The notes under the pieces were generated by a model. It worked only from the letters and a program-made list of their open reading frames with translations, was not told where the DNA came from and made no database searches. Source: Deinococcales bacterium (lineage in GTDB: Bacteria; Deinococcota; Deinococci; Deinococcales; JAAFIG01). Taken from it: 24,440 nt of DNA. Location of the stretch: assembly GCA_043778225.1 (NCBI GenBank), contig JAYWGM010000050.1:1-24440 (forward strand), in the 5' to 3' direction. The position numbers and the translations under genes are program-made. The first letter of the stretch is position 1, and each line of letters starts with the position of its first letter. Of the stretch, positions 17,160 to 24,440 are shown one piece after another.

Positions 17160-17951
17160 TCATTCGCCGCTAAATTCGGGCTTGCGTTTCTCGAGAAATG
17201 CGGCTACCCCCTCTTTCATGTCTTGGCTGCTGCTGATTAAACCAAATAAGTCGGCTTCGAGTTCCAAACCATCGTTGAGTGTACCGGTCAAACCACGCCG
17301 CACCGCTTCTTTGGCAAGCCCAATGGCGACGGGTGCATTTTTGATGATGCTGCGTGCCAAGGCTTCGGCTTCGGCTAGGGCATTGTCCGCCACACGATTG
17401 ACCAAGCCCATACTCAGGGCTTCTTCGGCTGGCACATGGCGAGCAGTTAAAATTAAATCCAAGGCTCGAGCCTCGCCAATTAAACGCGGCAAGCGTTGTG
17501 TGCCACCGTAACCGGGTATTAAGCCCAGTCCAACTTCGGGCAGTCCAAGTTTGGCATTTTTACTGGCAACCCGCAGGTCGCACGCCAAGGCAAGCTCGAG
17601 TCCACCACCCAGCGCAAAGCCGTTGATGGCGGCAATCGTGGGAATTGGCATGGCAGAAATACTCGACATCGCATCCTGACCACCAAGTGCCATTTCGCGT
17701 CCTTCAAAGGCGGTTTCTAAACCCTGAAATTCGCTAATGTCCGCCCCAGCCACAAAGGATTTTTCGCCAGCCCCAGTGATAATCAGGGCTTGGGTTTCGG
17801 GTGGCTCGAGACACGCCTCAAGGGCTGCCCCGAGTTCTTGGAGCGTTTCGGAATTGAGGGCATTAAGGGCTTTGGGGCGGTTCATGGTGATGATTGCAAT
17901 TGCGCCATCTTCGCTAAACTCGAGGGTTAAGTTCTTAAAATCGGTTTCCAT
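17160..17951 (-). CDS. Enoyl-CoA hydratase/isomerase (crotonase family)
   Basis: NRPKALNAL, FVAGADI, AINGFALGGGLELALACD, PEVGLGLIPGYGGTQRL, AFLEKRKP. Confidence 0.95.
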   Translation of the reverse strand: METDFKNLTLEFSEDGAIAIITMNRPKALNALNSETLQELGAALEACLEPPETQALIITGAGEKSFVAGADISEFQGLETAFEGREMALGGQDAMSSISAMPIPTIAAINGFALGGGLELALACDLRVASKNAKLGLPEVGLGLIPGYGGTQRLPRLIGEARALDLILTARHVPAEEALSMGLVNRVADNALAEAEALARSIIKNAPVAIGLAKEAVRRGLTGTLNDGLELEADLFGLISSSQDMKEGVAAFLEKRKPEFSGE

Positions 17952-17979
17952 AAACCGCAGTCTACAGCAACCAAGTGAC

Positions 17980-18906
17980 TCAAGTCATTTCCGCCAGCCT
18001 TGGGGGGTTGCAACCTGCTCTTGTGCAGTTGATCGCGGCGGCTTTAGCAGCAAAGTCAATCACTTCAAGCAACACTTGGTCACTGGCATTCTCGAGCGCA
18101 GAACGATGCTCGAGGTGTCGGCTTAAAAGTTGCTGAATGGTTGCACCGCTAAAGGTGTCGCCAGCCCCAACCGTATCTATCACTTGCACTTGCGGCGTTT
18201 TGACCTCGAGTACCGACTGGTTTTTACGGTAGAGCCTTGCGCCATCGCTGCCATCAGTGACGACCAAGACGGCTGTATGCTCGAGAACCGAAGCTGCAAA
18301 ATCGGTTTCGGAAGCCTTAGGATACAAAAATTCAAAGTCTTCGCGGGAGCATTTGACCCAATCGGCAAACTTGAGCCATTGCCCTAAGGTAGCAGCATAT
18401 TTTCCGCCATTGGCTTGTATGGCTGGGCGAGCGTTGATGTCGTAATGCTTTAAGCCCGTAAAACCAGCAATCATCGAAAAAGTACGTGCCGCCAATTCTG
18501 GGAACAACACAAAAATGCTGCCAATGTGCAGCGCTCGTAAGTGGGTTGGCAAGGCTTGGCTGGCTTGGTACTCGAGAAAACTTGTGCCAGCAAAACGAAA
18601 ACTATAACTTGGGTGTCCGTTTTCGACCCGCACAAATGCCAGAGTGCTGGGTTCAGTGCCACGCTCGAGAAAATCGGTGCTGACTTTATTTTGCTCGAGC
18701 AGTCGCATGATTTCTTGTCCAAAAAAATCGGTCGAAATTCGGGTTGCAAGACCGCTTTGTAAACCTAGTCGGGCAGCAGCCAGCGCAACATTGAATGGCG
18801 AACCGCCAACAAAGCCCTCGAATTCAAGCGGCGCACTGTCGGACTCGAGCGACGATTTGGCTTTAAGGTCTATCAAGGCTTCACCAAAAACAAGTAAGTC
18901 GGGCAT
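17980..18906 (-). CDS. PfkB family carbohydrate kinase (fructokinase-like)
   Basis: FGEALID, GGSPFNVA, YDINARP, DTVGAGDTF. Start set at ATG 18906, with TATACT 7 nt upstream. Confidence 0.92.
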   Translation of the reverse strand: MPDLLVFGEALIDLKAKSSLESDSAPLEFEGFVGGSPFNVALAAARLGLQSGLATRISTDFFGQEIMRLLEQNKVSTDFLERGTEPSTLAFVRVENGHPSYSFRFAGTSFLEYQASQALPTHLRALHIGSIFVLFPELAARTFSMIAGFTGLKHYDINARPAIQANGGKYAATLGQWLKFADWVKCSREDFEFLYPKASETDFAASVLEHTAVLVVTDGSDGARLYRKNQSVLEVKTPQVQVIDTVGAGDTFSGATIQQLLSRHLEHRSALENASDQVLLEVIDFAAKAAAINCTRAGCNPPRLAEMT

Positions 18907-18961
18907 CTTGGGCAGTATAACCAATGCTGGATGCTTGTGCAGTGTCAGGCATAAAATGATT

Positions 18962-19375
18962 TTAACGAATCAGATGGACTTGGCAGCGTAGGTTTGGCAG
19001 TTTTGCCCAGTTCTGCTCGGCGGTCAAGACCTCGAGTTGCTGCATTTCGGCAGTTGCCAGACAGATACAATCGCCAAGCGATAATTGATAGGGGTGTCGC
19101 CTTGCATAAAAATAAGCAGCAGGCTGTACCAAGGTTTCGAGCAGTGGCACGACCCGTAAATCAAGAGTTTTGATGTCCTGTTCGACTTCATTGACTGGGG
19201 CTTTACCACTCGAAACGAGTTTGCCAATCACTTCGATTAAATTGCTACTGCTGATGGCGGTGCTGGTCTGTAATTGTTGTTCAACCATTTCCCAACCTGT
19301 TTCTTGGGCGAACCAAGCGATTAAAGCACTGGCATCCAGCAACCGTTCCTTGCTGATCCATTTTTTAGTTTTCAT
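18962..19375 (-). CDS. vapC: VapC-type PIN-domain toxin
   Basis: LLDASALIA, NLIEV, LSLGDCICLATA and LTAE supply the PIN acidic residues. ATGA overlap with the upstream partner gene. Confidence 0.88.
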   Translation of the reverse strand: MKTKKWISKERLLDASALIAWFAQETGWEMVEQQLQTSTAISSSNLIEVIGKLVSSGKAPVNEVEQDIKTLDLRVVPLLETLVQPAAYFYARRHPYQLSLGDCICLATAEMQQLEVLTAEQNWAKLPNLRCQVHLIR

Positions 19376-19689
19376 GTTCTTTCGCGGCGGCGCTGCTCGA
19401 GTAATTCAGTCGTTAAATCACGCCCTTGGGTTTGGTATTTACCGCGTAAAGCCGATAAAACTTCGTGGCGCGATATTTGGGGACGATATAATTCCGCCAA
19501 CTGGGCAATTGGTTTTCCCAAGGCTTTCTCAAGTCTAAAAAGCGTCTCTAAACTTGGTGTTGAAGTAGGTTTTTTGACCAAGTTAAAAATTGTGGCTCGC
19601 CCAATTTCGGCATAAGCCGCAAATTCCTCGAGTTTTGTAAGCTCTAAATCTTGCATTCTGGAGCGAATCAGTTGATCTAAATTCTGCAT
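19372..19689 (-). CDS. Putative antitoxin with XRE-type HTH
   Basis: LEEFAAYAEIGRATIFNL...PSLETLFRLEKALG (XRE HTH) and a charged C-terminal tail. Translationally coupled to vapC. Confidence 0.75.
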   Translation of the reverse strand: MQNLDQLIRSRMQDLELTKLEEFAAYAEIGRATIFNLVKKPTSTPSLETLFRLEKALGKPIAQLAELYRPQISRHEVLSALRGKYQTQGRDLTTELLEQRRRERT

Positions 19690-19726
19690 TTATCTAACAT
19701 ACAAGATTTTAGTCTTTTTTTCAAGA

Positions 19727-21181
19727 CTAGCGGTTTCTGACCAGTGCTTCTAAATAAACCTCGAGATTGGTGTACCCAGCCACGCCCAGCTTTGGCTGCG
19801 AAAGCTGCAAGCCATTGTGGTCTGCCACTCGAGGATTCAAACCATTGGCATTTTCCCATCTGTCGGGCATTCCGTCGTTGTCTGAATCTTGTGGAGCAAC
19901 AGTTGCAGCCCTGGTTTTAAGCGCATCTCGAGCCACGTTCAGACTGCGCGGGGTGGCATCAAAAGTGCTGCTCGAGACAAATTTCATGACTCGAGTGTCA
20001 AAAGCATCCCATGGACGCATTCCGATTTTTGGCGTGTACTCGAGTAGTTTTTGGCTTGGAGTGTAGGTCATGCTTGGAAACTTCAGTCGCTCGAGCGCCG
20101 CCCAAGTGGGTAAACGGTTGGCAAAGAGCATGGTCTGGTCGCGCAGTGCCTCCTTAAAATCGTTGCAGCAATAGACCAGTTGCCAATCGGTGGCAGTCCC
20201 TAGGTTACTGCGGTTGTCCTGCATAAAAAGACGGGTTGGAGTCGAGTCGGGCAAATAATCTGGCGAATTTGTGCCTTCGAGGGTGAGTAAACCAACACTG
20301 GTGCTGTTTTTTGGGTTTTGCAAGGAGTAATTTCCCACCAGATTGGCGCGGTAGTAAATCGGAGCGCTGTTGTAGCCATCTTGTGGTGCATTGACCAAAG
20401 CTGTATTGCCCAACCAGATTGGAAAAGTATGGTCATGAAAAATATTATTTGAAATTTCAAGCTCCATCGTGCTGTTGGTGGCACTTGGGTTTTCTCGAGA
20501 TACCTCGGGAATCCGCCCACCAATCCGTGTCCAAACATTGTGGTGCAAAGAAATTCGGGTCAATGGAAAATTGCGCTTTGGGTCGGTGTAATTCAAAAGC
20601 ATTCCACCAAGGTCGTTGTGTTCGCCAGTGGTTTCTGCCAGTAAACTGTTCTGCACCGTCACATCACTCGAGAAAGAAATCTGGACAGCTTCATCGGTGG
20701 CATTGCCGATCGAAAAATGGTCAATTATAATTCGTTTGGCACGGTGTAAACGTAAGCCATCACCATCCAAAGAAGCTCGAGAACGCAAATAGCGCACAAT
20801 CAGATTGCTTGGTGCAACCCGTGGCAATGGGCAATTATCGGCTTCACAGACCGAATCGCCTTGAATCAACAAACCACGCACCGTGATTCCACTTGGGCTG
20901 GTTTGTCCAGCGATGGTCAGGTTGCCACTCGAGACCATCGGTGTTCCCTCAATCACCCCAGAGACCCGAAAAACAATGGTACGCGCCCCAGTTTGGTCAA
21001 GCGCATTTTGCAAAGACCCAACGCCACTCGAGCGCAGATTAGTAACAGCAATCACTCGTCCGCCACGCCCACCGGTGGCAGTTGCCCCAAAACCCTCTGC
21101 GCCAATAAAAGCTGGCAAAGCTGTTTGAGACGCTAACCCAAGGAAAACTGCCCCAAACAGCCAGACCAAGAAGATTCGCAT
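19727..21181 (-). CDS. Secreted pectate-lyase-like protein (PL1-related beta-helix)
   Basis: Signal peptide, PAFIGAEGFGATATGGRGGRVIAVTNL, TIAGQTSP, IIDHFS, C-terminal DSDNDGMPDRWE...GYTNLEVYL. Start set at ATG 21181. Confidence 0.85.
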   Translation of the reverse strand: MRIFLVWLFGAVFLGLASQTALPAFIGAEGFGATATGGRGGRVIAVTNLRSSGVGSLQNALDQTGARTIVFRVSGVIEGTPMVSSGNLTIAGQTSPSGITVRGLLIQGDSVCEADNCPLPRVAPSNLIVRYLRSRASLDGDGLRLHRAKRIIIDHFSIGNATDEAVQISFSSDVTVQNSLLAETTGEHNDLGGMLLNYTDPKRNFPLTRISLHHNVWTRIGGRIPEVSRENPSATNSTMELEISNNIFHDHTFPIWLGNTALVNAPQDGYNSAPIYYRANLVGNYSLQNPKNSTSVGLLTLEGTNSPDYLPDSTPTRLFMQDNRSNLGTATDWQLVYCCNDFKEALRDQTMLFANRLPTWAALERLKFPSMTYTPSQKLLEYTPKIGMRPWDAFDTRVMKFVSSSTFDATPRSLNVARDALKTRAATVAPQDSDNDGMPDRWENANGLNPRVADHNGLQLSQPKLGVAGYTNLEVYLEALVRNR

Positions 21182-21188
21182 AGAACCC

Positions 21189-21196
21189 AATATACT
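21189..21196. promoter_or_regulatory. Overlapping back-to-back -10 boxes for two leaderless genes
   Basis: Plus strand TATACT-7nt-ATG(21204); minus strand TATATT-7nt-ATG(21181). Confidence 0.6.
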
Positions 21197-21203
21197 CTGC
21201 CTT

Positions 21204-21611
21204 ATGGAAATTACCCTCGGTACGCCGGCACTCCTTTTCCCAGCGATTTCGCTTTTAATGCTGGCGTATACCAACCGCTTTCTGGCACTGGCGGCGCTGA
21301 TTCGGCGCTTGTCCGAAGATTACCAACAAGACCATCAACACGGTATTTTGGAACAAATTAAAGCCTTGCGTTACCGAATTCGGCTGATTCTTTGGATGCA
21401 ATCGGGCGGCATTGCCAGCCTTGCCTTGTGCGTTGCAGCCATGCTTGGGGTGTTGTTTAAGCAAGAAACCATGGCGGTGGTGCTGTTTGCCTCGAGCTTA
21501 ATGCTGATGCTGCTTTCTTTGGTTTTATCGTTGCTCGAGATTCGGGTCTCGACCAATGCCTTAACGGTTGTGCTGCGCGATCTCGAACTTCATAAACATG
21601 GGAATCCATGA
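21204..21611 (+). CDS. DUF2721-like membrane protein
   Basis: TPALLFPAISLLMLAYTNRF and EIRVSTNAL pattern, three hydrophobic segments. Confidence 0.8.
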   Translation: MEITLGTPALLFPAISLLMLAYTNRFLALAALIRRLSEDYQQDHQHGILEQIKALRYRIRLILWMQSGGIASLALCVAAMLGVLFKQETMAVVLFASSLMLMLLSLVLSLLEIRVSTNALTVVLRDLELHKHGNP

Positions 21612-21649
21612 CCTTGTGTTGAATGGACTTTCGGGTCATGATTTTGCCG

Positions 21650-21991
21650 ATGTCGCAGCCCTATTTTTTCAAAACCCAAGCCCATATCCTGATTTGTACC
21701 GATGAACGCTGTGCTGTCACTGGCTCAAAAATACTTTTCCAAGCGGTTTGGGCTGGTTTTGAAACCGAAAAACTAGCCTATTACAAGACTGGTGGCAATT
21801 TGCGCTTAACCGAATCGGGTTGTCTTGGGGCGTGTCAGTTCGGTCCAGCCGTGGCTTGTTACTTGAAGCGCGGCTCGAGTCTCGAGCAGGCATGGTATCA
21901 GCGCATGACCTACCCAAAGACAATGCAGTTAGCCAAGGCGCTGCATGGTGGTCTCGAGTTACCAAGCCAAGGGCGTTTTGACACCGATTAA
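21650..21991 (+). CDS. Thioredoxin-like [2Fe-2S] ferredoxin
   Basis: ILICTDERC ... ESGCLGACQFGP ... WY. Start set at ATG 21650; 21623 and 21638 are alternatives. Confidence 0.82.
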   Translation: MSQPYFFKTQAHILICTDERCAVTGSKILFQAVWAGFETEKLAYYKTGGNLRLTESGCLGACQFGPAVACYLKRGSSLEQAWYQRMTYPKTMQLAKALHGGLELPSQGRFDTD

Positions 21992-22476
21992 GGCAGCACC
22001 AAATCTGCGCCAAGACCTTCTGGCAGTGGATACCCAAGTAAACGTCCTAGCAACAGCAATTGCCCTTGATGATGAAATTCGTGGGTCATCGGACGCACAA
22101 TCAACCAGCGTTTTGTGACCATAAATTGGTCGCGCCCAGGTCGCACCACCTCAAAGGGCGCGTCTACATCATCAAAAGTTGCAAATGCCTGCTCGAGAAT
22201 TGTGTCCACCTCGAGGAATTTAGCTCGCATGGCGGCTGGCGTGTTGATGGCTTTCATCTCGAGTTCTTGTTCAAAAGCGGGTAATCCAAGTCCGTAACGC
22301 CCAACCCACCATAGATAAGCGTAGGCAATATGGGCGTGAAGATCGCGGATACTGCCGTAAGGTACGTCTTGATGCTGCTGCAAGTACACTTCGGGCGGAA
22401 GACTTTCGGTGTATCTCTGTACGTCTTCTCGAGTGCGTTTAACCCAGTTGTATATCAGTGGCAAAGAAGTGTCCAT
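21988..22476 (-). CDS. DinB/YfiT family protein
   Basis: GSIRDLHAHIA and THEFHHQGQL provide the three-His metal site. TAATG coupling to the ABC gene. Confidence 0.88.
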   Translation of the reverse strand: MDTSLPLIYNWVKRTREDVQRYTESLPPEVYLQQHQDVPYGSIRDLHAHIAYAYLWWVGRYGLGLPAFEQELEMKAINTPAAMRAKFLEVDTILEQAFATFDDVDAPFEVVRPGRDQFMVTKRWLIVRPMTHEFHHQGQLLLLGRLLGYPLPEGLGADLVLP

Positions 22477-24239
22477 TAAGCCATCACCAGCTTTTTGCGC
22501 TCACCGATTTGTTGTCGCCACATCGCGTAGTACAAGCCCTTCTCGAGCAGCAGGGCTTCGTGCGAACCAGTTTCGACAATTTCGCCGCGCTCGAGAACAT
22601 AAATTCGGTCAGCGTGCATGATCGTACTTAACCTGTGGGCTATTAAAACCGTGATTTGCTGTCCCGAACTCGAGATTTCGCGGATGGTGTTGGTGATGTC
22701 TTCTTCGGTTAAAGAATCGAGCGCACTGGTGGCTTCATCAAAAATCAGGATATTTGGCTGGCGCAACAAGGCTCGAGCGATCGAAATGCGCTGTTTTTCG
22801 CCGCCAGACAGCTTTAAGCCACCTTCGCCGATGGTTGTGTCCATACCTTTTTCGGCTTTTGCCAACAGCCCATTGCACGAGGCTCGAGACAGGGTTTGGC
22901 GCAGCAATTCATCCGAGGCATTTGGCGCAACAAACAGCAGATTTTCTTTGATTGTGCCGCTAAATAGCTGGGTGTCTTGAGTCACAAAACCAATCTGAGC
23001 GCGGAGTTCTTCAAAGTTAATGCTTGTTTCCGAGACTCCATTATAAAAAACGCTGCCCGTATCTGGACGGTATAAGCCAACCAAGAGTTTCATCAGGGTG
23101 CTTTTACCAGAACCACTCGGTCCAACAAATGCAATCGTTTCGCCTCGAGTGACCTTAAAATCAATTTTTTCAATCGCATTGTGAGTCGCGCTTTGGTGCT
23201 TAAAACTGACGCTCGAAAAATGTAAATCCTGGACTGCACCAAGATTTTTTGGCTCGAGTGGCTGGGCTTCGGGGGCTTTTTGCATCAGTTTCTCAAAATT
23301 ATTTAAGGAGGCTTCGGCTTCGCGGTACGAAAGCAACACATTGCCAATTTCTTGCATTGGACCAAAGACAAAAAAAGCAAAAAACTGCATTGTAATCAGT
23401 TGTTCAGCCGAAATGGTCTTGCCGAAAATTAAAAACATCAAAATAAATAAAATCACTTGGCGCAGTGTGTTGACCATCGTGCCTTGGACAAAACCAATGC
23501 CTCGAACGTTTTTGACTTTCTCGAGTTCAAGTCCAAGGATTTTCTGGGTGTTTTTGTTGAGGCGCGTAATTTCTTGCCCTGTTAAACCAAGGCTTTTGAC
23601 CAATTCGATGTTGCGTAGGCTTTCGGTGGTTGAACCCGCTAAAGCTGTGGTTTTGGCAACAATCGTTTTTTGAATAATTTTTAAGCGCTGACTGAGTGCA
23701 TTGGTGGCAAAAACCATCAAGACAGCCCCGAGCGCGTAGGCTATCGGTAAGCTCCAATGGACAAAAAGTGCGGCGTAGACAAACACAAAAATAACCGCAA
23801 TAATCACACCAAACAGCACATTGATCGCATAATTTAAGAATTTTTCAACATCGGCACGCACCTTGGTCAGAATAGATAAAGTTTCGCCACTGCGCTGGTC
23901 TTCAAAATCTTGATAGGGCAGTTTCATGGCGTGCTGCAAACCATCGCTAAAAACCTGAGCGCCAAATTTTTGCACAATCACATTCAAATAGTAATCCTGA
24001 AAATTTTTGGCAATGCGGCTGACCATCGCCACCCCAACACTGGCAGCCAGTAAAGTCAGCACGGTCGGCAAAAAATCGTTCCAATCGAGCGGCTTGGTTT
24101 CTTGACTAAACGCCAGTTTAACCAGTTGCCCCGTAATAATCGGGTCGAGCAAAGAAAAACCCGTGTTGATGGCAGCCAAGATAAGGGTGATGATCACCAA
24201 GTTGCGATGCGGTTTTAAGTATAAGAGTAGTATTTTCAT
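22476..24239 (-). CDS. ABC exporter, fused TMD-NBD half transporter
   Basis: N-terminal TM helices, GPSGSGKS, VTQD, LSGGEKQR, IFDEATSALD, IAHRLST. Start set at ATG 24239. Confidence 0.94.
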   Translation of the reverse strand: MKILLLYLKPHRNLVIITLILAAINTGFSLLDPIITGQLVKLAFSQETKPLDWNDFLPTVLTLLAASVGVAMVSRIAKNFQDYYLNVIVQKFGAQVFSDGLQHAMKLPYQDFEDQRSGETLSILTKVRADVEKFLNYAINVLFGVIIAVIFVFVYAALFVHWSLPIAYALGAVLMVFATNALSQRLKIIQKTIVAKTTALAGSTTESLRNIELVKSLGLTGQEITRLNKNTQKILGLELEKVKNVRGIGFVQGTMVNTLRQVILFILMFLIFGKTISAEQLITMQFFAFFVFGPMQEIGNVLLSYREAEASLNNFEKLMQKAPEAQPLEPKNLGAVQDLHFSSVSFKHQSATHNAIEKIDFKVTRGETIAFVGPSGSGKSTLMKLLVGLYRPDTGSVFYNGVSETSINFEELRAQIGFVTQDTQLFSGTIKENLLFVAPNASDELLRQTLSRASCNGLLAKAEKGMDTTIGEGGLKLSGGEKQRISIARALLRQPNILIFDEATSALDSLTEEDITNTIREISSSGQQITVLIAHRLSTIMHADRIYVLERGEIVETGSHEALLLEKGLYYAMWRQQIGERKKLVMA

Positions 24240-24261
24240 TTTTATCCTAATATGGAGCAGC

Positions 24262-24290
24262 AAAAAAGCAGGCAACCCTTGCCTGCTTTT
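24262..24290 (-). terminator. Intrinsic terminator upstream of the ABC gene
   Basis: AAAAAAGCAGGCAA-CCC-TTGCCTGCTTTT hairpin with T tracts on both strands. Confidence 0.8.
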
Positions 24291-24343
24291 GGTATTCTAA
24301 CAAATTATTCAGGTATTTTCTGTTCGTAACACAACACGACTTA

Positions 24344-24408
24344 GTGCAGCGTCGGATAAGTCTTTCGATTCTTCGTTCCTTGAAACTACAGACTCTCCGA
24401 CGCTGCAC
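24344..24408. repeat. Long imperfect inverted repeat (MITE- or ncRNA-like)
   Basis: GTGCAGCGTCGGA(TA)AGTCT ... AGACT(C)TCCGACGCTGCAC: 13-bp perfect arms plus 5 further bp. Confidence 0.7.
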
Positions 24409-24440
24409 CTATCGGTACTCGCATAGCTCGCCAAGTCTAC

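Noticed and set aside
15861..19689. Defence island (NYN plus VapC)
   Set aside because: The two genes are separated by metabolic genes. The NYN/LabA gene looks like a conserved core gene and no other defence genes are present.
21182..21274. Extended pectate lyase start overlapping DUF2721
   Set aside because: The signal peptide and -10 box point to ATG 21181.

Overview
Bacterial chromosomal window of roughly 50% GC, most likely Deinococcota (inferred from gene content and several leaderless TAnnnT-N6/7-ATG starts). The flanks hold mostly housekeeping genes: a HAD hydrolase, holB, a metallophosphoesterase, DegV, an orphan family-5 SBP, DUF2259, an ArsC-like protein, iscS-iscR, NYN, a crotonase, a PfkB kinase, a VapC toxin with an XRE antitoxin, a pectate-lyase-like protein, DUF2721, a 2Fe-2S ferredoxin, DinB proteins and an ABC exporter. 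The centre (about 8.7-15.8 kb) is an accessory module. A SARP/BTAD-STAND regulator is transcribed divergently, across a repeat-rich promoter region, from a 46-aa ORF missed by the ORF track. That ORF carries a full lasso-peptide precursor signature (YxxPxL-xxx-G-xxxxx-T leader; core Gly1...Asp9) but has no lasso enzymes nearby. It is followed directly by a large double beta-helix lipoprotein gene. Two other features stand out. The palindrome CTCGAG is over-represented about 20-fold across the window (HIP1-like) yet is depleted in the lipoprotein gene. A tandem array downstream of degV consists of variant copies of the last codons plus stop of degV itself.
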